A stretch of 64,000 bases of DNA from Azolla caroliniana (Eukaryota; Plantae; Polypodiophyta). Positions 1 through 12,988 of this stretch are shown piece after piece; position 1 is the stretch's first letter, and each line of letters starts with the position of its first letter. The stretch spans positions 4,650,001 through 4,714,000 of the forward strand of contig JBHGNT010000002.1 in assembly GCA_043228905.1 (NCBI GenBank), in the 5' to 3' direction. Made by a program: the position numbers and the translations under genes. The notes beneath the pieces were generated by a model. That model did not search any database, was not told the DNA's origin, and saw only the letters and a list, made by a program, of their open reading frames with translations.

Positions 1-87
1 TGGGGCAAGATATTGACCCATACTTGGAGGTTGCAATGGTGCTTGTGTCTGTGTTGCCATACCAGGTACAGTTTGGGATCTTGGTGC
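1..87 (-). CDS. SEC24: SEC24-like COPII coat protein, coding exon 2 (continues beyond the window start)
   Basis: CAG acceptor at 90-88 on the minus strand, then open phase-0 frame APRSQTVPGMATQTQAPLQPPSMGQYLAP, matching the phase and Pro/Gln composition of exon 1. Confidence 0.6.
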
Positions 88-1642
88 CTGCATTATGGCC
101 TATGTTCAGATATGAGATAGCAATGCTTACAAACATCTAATAACTTAGAAAAATTAGGTGCATGCTGCATTAAAGCTTCCCAACACCTGCTCATCAGAAG
201 TGTACATGTAGTGAAGAGTGAATTTCAATATAAACAAAAGAAATGACCTCTTAATTGCTGTAAATCCTTAACATCCTTCCAATCTAAATGCTTCTCGAAT
301 GGACAATATTATTTTCGACAAATATTTTTAGTTTGATGGCCATTATTTTGCATTACAAAAAATGAAAAGCAAATGCTATAAGCTCTGCCCTCAGCCCACC
401 AAAAACTTATAATGAGCAGAAGCTTCAGAAATTTGGCTGCAGTGTCTTCCATTGCTTCTCTTTATATGTTTTGGGAAAAGATAAGCAATAGAGATTTCCA
501 TCATTTTCATTGCTCTTAATTGACACAATCAGTGTTGATGGCAGATAAATTCAATATTCACATTTCAACAACAACAAAATAGTTGGTTAATGTGACAGTG
601 GTAGCTATCATCCACCAGCTCAGCAACTTCGTATAATGGTCTCCAATGTTACAATTTCCATCATGTGTCTAAAACTCTAAATAATCCAGAATCAAGCGTT
701 CAACAAACAGAAATGATGATTGGTAAAGAGGACTTTGTTGTATACATGAGACAGCTCCTCGTGCATATGAGAATTCCCTTAGATGCAAAAAGGTGTGAAG
801 GGCCTATAATCTCAAGATTCAGAATAAGAAGCTAGAGTTGGCCAAAGTAAAAGCAGCTAGCTAGGGCATCATCGAAGAGCTCCATAAGCTAATTGATCGG
901 TAATCACTTAATATATTAATTTCTAATGCTACAATTTCCAGATGTGCGAGTATCCATAACTCCCAATAGTCCACATTGCACACTTTTGTAGGAGTCTATT
1001 TTCCATATCTAATTTACAAGACGTCTTTGAGCTCACTTCAGTACATTAATTAATTATTTAATCCATTTCTCCATTGACAAGCACTGACAATTTTACATTG
1101 TACTCGCAAAGGAGGCAGAAGTTCCGGTCTACCTAAACTGACAACATTAAGCACTTGCTAATGGGAATATTCAGGTACCTTACACAGTTTTACTAATGCC
1201 GTTAATACTTATTTTGGTTTGTTCTTCTCCAAGATGAGATAACATTTCAAGATGTACACTCTTGTTCAGTCTTATAGGCCTCTTAAAAGACATTAAATCT
1301 TTCATTAATTGTGTATTAATCCACCTCTTTTTTTCTTTCATTCATTGTATATTAATCCGCCGATGCATGCATCTATCCATCTATCTGGCACGTCCTTGAG
1401 CCACAAGTGATTCATTGAAAAAATCTCTCTCCATACATTAATCAACATATTAATATTTTTATCTAACCAGCACTAGCTTCTCACACAAACAAGGGGTTCA
1501 TGGAAAAAATTTCTTGAACATTAACCAATCTATTTATTTATATATCTAGCAAGTACTTGTATGCTCACACAAATCAATGCCGGTTTATGCAGCCATGTAC
1601 CTAAGAAGAAATGCAACAAAAGTAGCTAAATACATCACTCAC

Positions 1643-2665
1643 CTGAGGTATTGCTCCAGAGAAATTTGGAGGGGCTCCAGCCCAAGATCGCGATGCTGAT
1701 GGGGGAGCCCCAATCCCAGTTGGTGGAGCTAAGGCGGAACCACTATAACCACCTGGAGGACCTTGTGGTCTTTGTGGATATGTTCCAGAGCTGGTCATCA
1801 CAGGGGGTTGACCGGGAGGTCTAACAGATGATTGAAGGGGTTGTGATGATGTCGCAGATCCAGGATAAATTGCACCATTACCTTGGGCATTGCTTTGGGA
1901 ATTCAGTTGAGTACCTGCAGTTGATGACGACAACGGGATTTGGCCAGGATAAATTGGGCCATTCGCTTGAGGATTGATTTGACGTATTTGGGTACTTGAT
2001 GCTAGAGGCTGATTTGGGCTGGGATAGATTGGACCAATATTACCTCCTTCAGCACCAACCCTTTGAATTGGCTGGGTAATTGAATTCAATGCTAAAGGTG
2101 GCCCTCGGGGCAGATTTGCTCCAACAAATGGGGCACTGGAGAGGGGATTCACAATGGGTGGTTGAAGATGGGCAGGTCCATTTGAAGCTGGTACTCCTCC
2201 CTGGGTGGGGAAATTACCTTGTGGAGGAGCAGAATTCAGCATCGGCGATACCAGAGATGGGCGTGCCAATGGCGATGGGGAACCCGACACCTGTCCAGGT
2301 ATATATGGAGGTTGTGGAGCTGTTGCACGGGAAATTTGACCAGGTACATGCGGACCCAATGGGCGGGCAGCCAATGGCGAAGGACCCAAAATTTGTCCGG
2401 TTGGTGGGGGCGGACCACCTGGAAATGGGCGAGCGCCCATTGTCATGCCCCCAGGTACACTCGCAGGCCGTGGACCTCCCAGGTGTGAATATGACCCTGA
2501 TGCCATCACTGATGGGCTGTTACCAATATTGAGATTTTGCATACCTGAAGGGAGATTTCCTAAGGTAGATCCCGGCCCCTGGCCGTATTGTTGGCCATAT
2601 GGTGGGCGTTGTTGTTGGGGTTGGGGCTGGGGTTGGGGTTGGGGTTGGGTATTCTGGGAAGCCAT
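1643..2665 (-). CDS. SEC24: SEC24-like (SEC24C/D, CEF-type) protein, exon 1: Pro/Gln/Gly-rich disordered N-terminus
   Basis: ATG at 2665 (MASQNTQPQ...), 341 open codons ending at a CAG|GTGAGT donor. The 'MQNLNI' motif and P/Q/G-rich tract resemble plant SEC24C/CEF N-termini; the conserved domains lie outside the window, so identity is recalled, not proven. Confidence 0.6.
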
Positions 2666-2888
2666 GGATAGACACAGCAAAATCCGGGAGGAGAAGACGA
2701 AGAAGAAGAAGAATCTATCTGATCTCAAACTGGATTAAAGACGTTTCCAGAAAGCATCGATCAGATTGGACCCGAATTAGATCTACACAAAAAGGATTCT
2801 GCTACAGATCGGATGGGGTGGGTGGGAGGGAGGGTGGGTTCGTAACGATTCCGTGTAGATCTGTGTCGGAGCAGAGGAAAACAGGCTT

Positions 2889-2917
2889 TTCTTCTTCTTC
2901 TTCTTCTTCTTCTTCTT
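2889..2917. repeat. (CTT)n microsatellite upstream of the SEC24-like start codon
   Basis: Direct reading. Confidence 0.9.
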
Positions 2918-3096
2918 GCAGGGAAGCTGCTACTGATGATGGTGTTGCTGCTGCTTCTTCTTTCTGCCAAACTCGCATTGAAGTGTGTATGTTATGTTAT
3001 GTCAATGTACAAGAAAGACTGCGTGGCCTTTCGGATTGTTGATTCATTGCATTTTGTGAGAAGAGTCTGAAATCGCCCACTTCTTCTTCCCTGGAC

Positions 3097-3270
3097 ACCA
3101 CACCCAGACACAGACATAGACAGACAGGCACACAGGCAACATAGCACAGACAGACAGGCAAGGCAGGCATAGGCACATAGCATAGATAGGCAACACAGCA
3201 CAAACAAACAGGCAGGCAGGCATATGCATATAGCATAGACGGACAGAGACGGACACACGCACACGCACAC
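3097..3270. repeat. Low-complexity CAGA/CATA/GGCA/CACA mosaic repeat
   Basis: Direct reading; it explains the spurious Cys/Val/Leu-rich ORFs here. Confidence 0.75.
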
Positions 3271-3736
3271 GGGAACTCGGACTCCGACTTGGGCATCGCA
3301 AGAATCATTACGCACACAGGAACTCAAGACTCGAGCATCCCGAGCATTGTTAAGTTTTAACCGTGTGACTCGCCTCCCTTTCTTCTTTCCTTGGGCATCA
3401 GCACCCAGACTTCAACGGATCGCACCATGCTCCGTGATCAACATCAAGGGCGCAAAGAAAGTGTGCGTTGGAAATACATCATTGTGGGCAGCTCTGTGGC
3501 AAATTCGGTTGGAAGGTGGTCATGATTGACATCTACATTGGCTCCATATTTGCAATGAATCGTTGGTGTGGGAAGTATTGATGTGCTTGCAGTTTGTTTG
3601 TGCCATCATGAAGGCTGATATTGCAATGGAATGGAGGTCAATATGGAAAGTGTTTAGTATTGTCGCTTATAGGTGGATGAAGTTGTTGGAGTAAGCTTAA
3701 TTCCTATGTTGGTAGCATTTTTTATCTTATGTGTAT

Positions 3737-3797
3737 GAGAGAGAGAGAGTGTGTGTGTGTGTGTGTGTGCGTGTGTGTGTGTGTGTGTTTGTGTGTG
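3737..3797. repeat. Compound (GA)n(GT)n microsatellite
   Basis: Direct reading. Confidence 0.9.
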
Positions 3798-5016
3798 AGT
3801 TAACATCCCTAGAAATAGATTGTGATTTACGAGATGGTGCCAAGCCCATGGAGAGAGAAAGCAAGATATATTAACATCTAGCAAAGGACAAAATCAACCG
3901 ATGAGGGCAATTCATGATACAAATATGGGTGAATTCATGTTATACTTACCGAAACAAAAATAAATGCTCTAAGTTTCTTAAGTTTCATGATCAGGATCTA
4001 AATGCATGCGCTAAATGATTTTGGAGAAGTTTCACAAGCATGAATAGCATAACTAATGGTTGTGGGTTGAGTAGGGTGATTGGACAAAGCTACGAGGAAA
4101 TTTAGCAAATGCAGATGGGTGTCCTCATATGGATTGAACATGGTGAGCAATTATCTCCATCATTTGACGATGTTATGGCTCATGTGCCTTACGTCCATGT
4201 ACTTGCCCTCTCCATTGTCATCAACTACATTCTTCTACTCACGAATGGTAACTCCATGACATGTTAGTCAATGTTTGAAGCTATGGGATAAATTAGTGAT
4301 GCACTATTTTCATTGCATATTGCATGCTAATACAAGGGTGGATTCCCTACACTTTCAAAACCCCAAGCATGACGTGGCCAAAGTGTCATGGGTCAGTCTT
4401 TTCCATCATTTGTGAAATGACAATGGATTCCACATAGAGGGCAACATACTTCTCTCTTATATGCTTATAAGTAAGGCCACATGCACACAAAATTTTCCCT
4501 ACTTCCTATCTCTCTTTCACATATTTTGAAAAATGTTTCTTCTTTGGTATCAGGGAATGTTCATCTTACTTCCATATCTAGTTGGTGAGAAGAAATTGTA
4601 TGTTGTCTTATTGCTCTATCAACATGTAGGCATCCACGTGCCTCAGTCTTATATGAATCTTTAGGGAAAGAGATTGCCTAAGGTTGATTCAAGTCTTTTG
4701 TGTGTAGGGATGCGATAGATCTTGTCCCGATACCTTGTTTCATTCGTCATTTTCGTGAGGTTGTACCATATCAAAAGGGTGGTAAGTTCTCACATTAAGG
4801 ATATTGTTGTTAAACTACCATCACCTTTAAGTACCATGATTCTCCAAGATTTTCTATTGTCACCATTTGCTTCGATGTTTCAAACATCTTGGGTGTAAAT
4901 CTTTGAGTTGGCATGGTTTGAATTTGGTGAACGAGGTTCATTATATCAAATAGTTTTTCTACCATAAATTGGGTGTTGCAAATTCAAAATTATTGGATTA
5001 CTCAAATGGCTCAACA

Positions 5017-5053
<37 letters not shown>

Positions 5054-5057
<4 letters not shown>

Positions 5058-7715
5058 GATAGATTATATTATCATCTTCAGAGGTCAAATATGACCTATG
5101 AGACCAAAAATATTACATTTCACGTGATACGTGTGAAGGTGAGTAGCGACTCTCGATGTTCAAGAACTTTACCAATGAATGCTGCAATCGAGAGTGCACA
5201 TCGTGGTTGTGAGAGAAATTCGTGCAAGGATTGGGCTCGATCGGAGAGATGTGGAAAGCATGGTCGAATATGATCAAAGGCAGAGCATTGTATCAAAGTG
5301 TGATACTCGGACTCTCGAACTTGTTTAGGGCAAAGTGTGCATAGTCGGCCACTCTCATCACTTGTGCCCCAATGGCCCGTCTCAGATCTCAATGCGTGCG
5401 AGCTAAGTCGCATGGAAGCAATGGTTCGAATGGCATATATCGGGATGGGCTCTAACATGTATCGATGTGTACGGCTTCCCCGTTCCGCGAAGAATATGGT
5501 TTTGTATTTAGGTGCAACATTTGTAGTATAATGTGTGAAGCCACCACATTTGTCCCATGTCATGATACATTGGCGTTGCAAAAAGGCCTCATTTACAGAG
5601 GAATCTAGTGACGCATCATGAAGCAAGTGTCTTGCATCCCATCTACCAAACCATTTTTCTAAATCTTGCATCCAACCGGAACACAAAATTTTGCTTTTAT
5701 GCGTCTTTTGGATCTTTTTGCTTGCTTCCCATGCAATTCTAGGAAGTTGATGTGAGGGGCTTTTATGAACCTTAAGCATGTATTCAACAACCCTTTCCAT
5801 GGCCATGATCTCAATGGGAAGCGATCCTGTCTCAAGTAGGAGGAGGGTGTAGGGTATTTGTTTCTTAACTTGTAGAAACTTTGTAAGAAAATGTTTTTGG
5901 ACATTTTCAAACTCTTTCCGCGTAGATTTAGGGATGCTACTGCCCCATATTTCCACCCCAATAGAGAAGAACCGGGGTCACCAAAGTGTCAAAAAGATAT
6001 TTCTTGAGGTCCCAACACTTAATATCTCCAAGATTGCATGTGTTCTCAAATGCATAATATGCTCACTTACCCGCCTCAAAGCAACGTGTAGCACATTCAT
6101 TCCATCTATGATTTGAAGGAACTTCAAGGCCAAGATATTTGAAGCTTTCCACACATTCAAGTGGCTCATTGTTGTACATAATGCATGGTTTATCTCTTTT
6201 TTGACTCTTCACAAGCATAATCTTTGTTTTAGAGCTATTGACACTTAATCTAGTATGCATGCAAAAATTTTCCAATGCCTTCATAAGCTTTTGTGCATCT
6301 CCTAAAGTATTTGCAAAAAACACTACATCATCAACATATAACAAAAGCATAATCACAACATTCCCAATGACAACTTCTTCAACACATTCTTCCTTTACAA
6401 ACTTGGTAACAATTTCTTCTAATTCATCAATGCATAGACCAAATAATGTTGGTGAGAGTGGGCATCCTTGCTTAACACCAATAGTGCTATTAAAAAAATC
6501 TGAAAGTCTATCTCTCATACGCACACAACATATAACCTTCTCATATATTCGGGAAATTGCAAGCACATATTCACTTGGTACCTCAAGTTCTTCCATTTGC
6601 CTCCAAAGATTCTCACAAGGTACCATATCAAAAGCTTTCTTGAAGTCTACAAAGCAACAATATAAACCTTTACCTCTAAGGCGACTTTCCTCCATTAATA
6701 CTCGAAGAGTGACAAGATGATCAATGGTGCTATGGTGTTTTCGAAAACCATCTTGTCCATAACCTCTCTAACCATTTTTTTCTGCCCATACACGTATCTT
6801 TGATTCCATTATACATCCAAATAGTTTTGCCATTAATGAGCCAACCATGATGGTTCGATAGTTGTTTACATTATTTACATCTCCGCCTTTATGTAAAGGT
6901 TTGATCCAATTTGTAGTCCAATCATATGGCATACCATGTTGCAATGCATCATTAAACATATCGCATATCCATATATGTGCTTCCTTTCCCGTCCATTTGA
7001 GCATTTCAGCTTTTATACATTGAAGATCGCTTGCCTTTCGAGAGGCCAATTTCTTAAGTCATATGCATATATCTTCAATTGTAAAGAAGGGAGACATATG
7101 TGAAAGAGAACCATAACACATCATCTTTCCGACAAGAGATAACTCATATAAATTCTTACAATGCATAGACAAGTCATGAAGAGTTAAGTCACCATAACTC
7201 TCAACACGTTTCCCCTTTAGATTTCCCCAAAATTTAGCACATGCATGTGCTTTCTCTTGCGTTTGGAGAAGTTGTTGAGTAACTTCCCATATTCATCTCT
7301 TTCTTTGAATAATCCTTTTATAGTCAAGCAAATGCTTTTGGTAATTTTCTTTATCCTTAACTACATCCAAAACCATAAGGTACTTTCGAGCTTCATGACA
7401 TTCTTTATAAAACCATTTTTTCTTACATTTCTTGGTGCATTTCCATGATGTGCGGTTGATCGAAAAACATTTGTTTGTACAAGAGAGAATGACATTCTTA
7501 AAAGCTTCCCATTTGCATTCTAGTGTGGCACCATGTTGTGTCTTTGTCATTTGTAACTTATCCTCAACCATCTTGGAATACATGGGCGCTCACTTAAGAT
7601 TCATGCTCAAGTGCGTTTGTTTACTATCTTCAATGACCTTCTCGCAATCAAACCTATGCATACATTTGAGATCAACACATAAATTCCTATGATCGGATTC
7701 CGGTGTCCATTCCCC
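5054..7715 (-). mobile_element. 5'-truncated, degenerate APE-type LINE (RTE/RTEX-like ORF2) flanked by (AG)n on both sides
   Basis: End of APE endonuclease (GEWTPESDH near 7690); RT motifs FVDFKKAFD, GVKQGCPLSP, LLYVDD, FKYLG; C-terminal RLSSH..CxxC..E.EYH...C; broken by stops and frameshifts. Confidence 0.88.
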
Positions 7716-7739
7716 CAGAGAGAGAGAGAGAGAGAGAGA

Positions 7740-8870
7740 CCTAAGAGGCACCTCCAGTGTATGCCTTAGATACGGATCAGGTAAACCCGTGCTTGAAGGG
7801 ATTACAGATTCTGATATGTTGGCTGATGCTGATTCCTGTCGATCTACATCAAGGTATGTAATGACCTAGGCAAGGGGAGCCATCTCATGGCAATCGAGGA
7901 TGAAGGTTATGGCTCTGTCAACCACAGAAGTTGAGTACATGGTTGTTGTAGAAGATGGCAAGCAAATAATCTAGACGAGGGATTTCATTGGTGAGCTAGG
8001 AATGAAGCAAGATTATTTCTTATTGCATTGTAATAATCAAAGTGTCATCCACCTTGCGAAGAATGTTGCCTATCACTCTACGACAAAACATATCTAGATG
8101 AGATATCATTGGTTATGAGAGAGAGTGGAAGAAAAGTAATTTGCTCTTGTAAAGGTCCATACGAATGATAATTGATCGGACATGCTGACAAAGGCATTGC
8201 CTATGGACAAGCTGAAAGCTTGCTGACTGAAGGTAGGCATTGTTGACCCTCCCATACAAGAGTGAAGGGGGAGTTAGTTGTCAAACGTTGTCCCTCCTTA
8301 TGGGAGCAGAGGCCGATGTGAACCAAAGCCAACTAGGGAACCAACTATGTACAAAGGGTCAGCTATGAGCCAATTGTGATCGGTTGGGAGCTGATTCGGC
8401 CAAGAGTCGTTATATTAAGGTAGGGACAAACATGTAAATACATATGTAAGTATAAACCCTAGATTATATCATTTATGATGATGGTCAAAGTTATATACTC
8501 ACAGGGAGGGAGAGAAGTGAGTGCAAGGATTGTGTGCATCAATGAACGAGTTTGCTAGTGTGTTGAGGCTCGAGTTCGATCACAATAGATCAACGGTTGC
8601 AATGTAAGCATGCCTAGTGTTTTGTGACTTCTTTGTTGCTTCATTGTAACGGTTGTCTACTAAGATAGACAAAGATCAACACAAGGTTGTGGCCTTATGT
8701 TCTTGTACACACTCTTCTATAGTGATTTTGCTCGGTGTTTGTGGGCTCCATGTAGTTTTTCCCATTGAGGGTTTTCCATGTTAAATCTTTGTGTCCCTAT
8801 CCTTGTTTTTCTTGTTCCTTTGTTGCTTTCATCTCTGTTTGTTTGCTGGCTGTGGCCGGCCCCATATTGA
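7740..8870 (+). mobile_element. Old Ty1/Copia 3' fragment (RT end, RNase H, PPT, partial LTR), same family as Copia-2/3
   Basis: LRGTSSVCLRYGSGKP..GITDSD..YHSTTKHI with stops; PPT GAGTGAAGGGGGAG near 8260; LTR shares GTCCCTCC..ATGGGA and GGGTTTTCCAYGTTAA with the Copia-2/3 LTRs. Confidence 0.8.
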
Positions 8871-10470
8871 CATCACTCACACTTTCCTTTTTAAATGGCA
8901 ACCTCACTTGTTTCCCAAATTCACATATATGTTGCATGTTCTTATCCTTAAATCTTGGCAAACCAATAACTAGACCATGTGACTGCATATTTTTCAATTT
9001 ATGTATGTTAACAAGACCAATTCATTTATGCCTATTTCTGCAATTTTTTTGTTATCATATGTAGAACAAAACTTATGAGGATTTGAACTATCAACATCCA
9101 TTGTAAACATTCTACCTTCTTTTTTCCCTTTAGCAATCAATTTGAATCCTTTACTAGGATCTTCTACAAAGCATCCTCTTTGTTTGAATCTTACTTGCAA
9201 CCCTCTTTCTACCATTTGTCCTACAAATATTAGAATTTTTGTAATTGTAGGAACGTGTAACACATCTAACAAGCAATTTCTTGTACCATAAGCACTTTGT
9301 AAAGGTATATTACCAACGTGTTGTATATGATGCTCATTGCTTAGTATCATCACCGGTTTGAACATAACCATGAGCATGTAATGTATGCAAATTTTCAAAC
9401 AAATTTTCATCACATGACTTATGATTGCTACATCCTCTATCAATACACCAATTTCTATCTTGATCGACATTATTACTTGCTATGTGATTCTTGACAAGTA
9501 AATTTTCATCATCTTGTGTATCAGATGTTACGATACAATTACTAATCGTTTTATTGTTTCTATGAAAACATTGATTTGCATAATGACCAGGCTTACCACA
9601 AATGTAGCATAGACATGTATTTCAATCTTGATCGAACCTTCCTCTTTGAGCTTTACACCTCTGAAATTTTGAGTTTGGTTTTCATGTTGATCATATTGTT
9701 GATGTTGTGATGATTGTGAAGATTTATTCTTTCCTCTTCCTCTACTTTGAAAATTTCTACCTTTACCTCTTGATCTTGCATAAAACACTTGTAATTGATC
9801 TGAACGAGAGGATGAGCCTTGCAAGTTCAATTCCTCCATAATCATAAGTGAAATCAATTGCTCAAAGTTTGGTAATGAATCTCTAACATAAATAGAAGTA
9901 ATGAGAGACTTCCATTTATTGTCTTCTCTTAATCCATTCAATGTAAAACCAACTGAGTCATCATTATCAACGGGACTTCCAATAGATGATAAAGCATCTA
10001 ACACATTTTATTTTCGAAACAAAATCATTAACCAACATCGATGGTGATTTCTTCAAATTATTCAACTCATTTTTTAGCTGAATTTTGCTAACTTTCGTCG
10101 TAGAAGTATATAATCTTTCAAGACTATCCCATACATCCTTTGATGACTCTAGATCTTGAATATGCCCAATCAAAGAGTTCGATATATTTTGTGATAACAC
10201 AAACATGACCATGTTATCCTTCTCATTCCAATGATTAAAGTTTCTTATTTGTTCTTCAGTCAGATTCATTGCATGCATGAAAGGCTTAACCTTTGTTCCT
10301 GTAATGAAACCCCATAAATTCTTACCAATCAAGTAATTCCTCATTCGAAACTTCCATGGTTGATAGTTGTGCTTGTCCAACTTCTCTATTTGAGAAGACA
10401 ACTCTGTCTACCATACTTTGTATCCTTTACTTGAAAATCGTCAATGATAAAGTTTACTCTGATACCGATG
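8871..10470 (-). mobile_element. Degenerate Ty1/Copia 5' fragment (gag, zinc knuckle, protease, pre-integrase)
   Basis: EKLDKHNYQPWKFRMRNYL gag start, VLHVPTITK and LQVRFKQRGC motifs; decayed iMet PBS (CGGTATCAGAG) near 10457-10467. Confidence 0.8.
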
Positions 10471-10859
10471 TAAAGAACTATAGCTCTCAATGCGTACATG
10501 AAAGCGTAGAGGGTTCTAAGACTGATTAAGAAAATAAATAAATATGTATAATAATAATATAACTAATAAGGTTGGGGAGACACTAAGAAAATGGAGGAAA
10601 GGTTTTTTTTTTTGTACAAATAAAAAAGATAGACCAATTGATAAAGCCTTTAACCTTGTAGCTAAGGTCACAAGATCAAATCTCATGTGACGCGTCCAAG
10701 ATACTTTATCTATCTTCACCTTTACTACCAAATGGCAATAATTAAGCTTGAACTTTTAGCAAGCCGACTCAATATCGAAAAATAATTGGGAGTCTCATCT
10801 ACCTAACTATCACTTGACCCGACCTTAGCTATCCATTCGGCCTCCTTAGCCAATTTATG

Positions 10860-11435
10860 CAAACACCATGCAACACGCAATGTTTGCATTGTGCTAAGTG
10901 AGTCTTGCGATATATTAGTGGGACCATGGATTGGGAAATCTTCTACAAGGAAGGAGCGATTATTCGGTTGACAGGATACACTGATGTTGATTGGGGAGAC
11001 AATGTATCCGATTGACGATCAACATTTGACTTCGTCTTCTCCCTTGGAACCGGATGTCATGAAGACATACATTTTGGCCTTACAAGGATTCGAGCCCAAG
11101 ACGACTTGGTCTATATGTTAGACTATAATAACATATATGATGTATAGTTATAATAAATGTATTATTAGTTATTACAAGATATTTAGAGTATTCTAGAACA
11201 TTCTAGAGTATTCTAGAACAATGATTATATTAAATATCATAAATATCTAAAATATTCTAGAATGTTTTAGAATACTCTAAATATCTTGTAATAACTAATA
11301 ATACATTTATTATAACTATACATCATATATGTTATTATAGTCTAACGTATAGACCAAGACATCTTGGGCTCAAATCCTTGTGCGGCCAAAATGTATGTCT
11401 TCATGACACCGGAGAGATCTCATGGAGTAGCAAAA
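10860..11435 (+). pseudogene. Copia RT-end/RNase H remnant interrupted by the foldback element
   Basis: LTGYTDVDW..RSTFDFVFSLGTG|EISWSSK reads in frame once 11055-11413 is removed. Confidence 0.8.
11055..11408. mobile_element. 354-bp foldback (MITE-like) element with TGTCATGAAGA...TCTTCATGACA termini and 5-bp TSD CCGGA
   Basis: 163-bp inverted arms (11055-11217 / 11246-11408, about 9 mismatches by eye); CCGGA at 11050-11054 and 11409-11413. Confidence 0.92.
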
Positions 11436-11439
11436 ATAT

Positions 11440-11550
11440 ACTTATTATGATTATACATTGTATATGTTACAATAATGGTTTAAGGTTTGACACACATCAA
11501 GAGGATGTCAGTTCAAATCCTTGTAAGCCAAAATGCATATAATCATGACA
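11440..11550. mobile_element. Diverged single-arm relative of the foldback element
   Basis: TTCAAATCCTTGTAAGCCAAAATGCATATAATCATGACA aligns with the right arm CTCAAATCCTTGTGCGGCCAAAATGTATGTCTTCATGACA. Confidence 0.65.
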
Positions 11551-11569
11551 CCCTCAAAACACTACGAAA

Positions 11570-12642
11570 CTTGAGATGCTCGATGGAGGGAAGAAACTTG
11601 CACAACTTGATGTGCAATGAAAAGGGGAAAGAGAAGGGTTTAGCAAACGAAGGACTTGAAGAAGGTGATGTAGGAACAGATCGTCAATAGTTGAAATCTA
11701 CTAGAGGTCCTCGACATAGCAAAGAGAGAGTTCCATGATGCCATCATCAAATGATGAAGAGGAAGTGAGACCCATGAACGTGAACATAGTGTCAACCGAA
11801 GTGCTTAAGGTTGATGAAGAATATAGATACAACATTATATGAGGCCATATTGGCTTAGGGAAACAATGTAAACCCTGGATGAGGGATATGAAAGAGCCAA
11901 TGGTGGTATTAATAAAGCATGGATCCGAAATCGACCTAATTTCCATGGACTTCTACAAACCGGGGGAAATGGTCAATCAACACGAAGCATGACTCAAAGA
12001 TTAGAGCAGCAATCCGAGCAACCGAAGAGCTACACAAGGCTTGCCCAAATGTATGGGAGAAAGTAGGGGATGTGGAGGTAGACCAACACTTATTCGTTCA
12101 ATAGACATCCTCTCACTTGGTCATCTTTGGTGAGCCATACATCATGACGACTTGTATGGAGAAGAAGGTGTTTGACAATGGGTCTACCTACACGAGAGTC
12201 AAGAGCCAAGAAAGAAGGAATTCAATCTGATTCCCTACAATTAGACCCAACCACTACTACAATAGAGATTCTCTCAAAGGCAAAAGTTGGGAGAATTTTT
12301 TATGCATGCTATTTAAGTGTGGGAAATTTAAGTCCTCAAAACCTTTGTAAAAATAGGAACCAATTTTGGTTCTTGGAAAAGGGAGCATGTAGATTCTCTA
12401 TCATTGATAGTAGAGATATGCCTAGAATGAAAAGGTATGGAAGATATATTAAACAATATAATGTATTAGATGAGAATGATACCATAAGTGGCGCCATGGA
12501 GACGGTTTCGTTCGATGAAACTCTCGGGGAGATGGAGAGAATAGTCGTTTTGGGCTTTAACGAAAACGAGGTCATTCTACTCAACTCAGTAGACATGCAC
12601 AATGGCATCAAAGAGCTTGGGCAGTTTATTGATGTCGAAAGG
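11570..12642 (+). mobile_element. Old Gypsy relic (same lineage as Gypsy-A/B), left half: gag end, protease, start of pol
   Basis: VLIKHGSEIDLISMDFYK, ATEELHKACPNV and AMETVSFDETLGEM align with Gypsy-A/B; continues at 51037. Confidence 0.8.
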
Positions 12643-12988
12643 TGTTGGAACCGGCCGTCAAGATGTTGAACAAAATCAACACTCTTTAAGATGAAGATCT
12701 TCAGAGAATACAAAGAAACCGATTGATAACTCAAAACAACTGAATCACAAGACAAGATCAACAAGAAAACTAAGGGAAGAGAGACAACAAGGTAGGCACA
12801 AAGAGTATGTAACTATATTATTCTCTCTGAGTTACAATGGCACAATATACAAATGAACAACCTTAAAACTAGGTTACAAGAGTTAGTTTAAATACTAACT
12901 AACTTAGTGCACCTGCCCTTCCCACTATTTATAGAAATGACCTAGACCTAGTGTGTCCAATGGGACAGTGTGAATGTGACCATTATAT

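Noticed and set aside
2992-3327. Cys-rich small proteins upstream of the SEC24-like gene
   Set aside because: Translation of low-complexity repeat, open in all three frames
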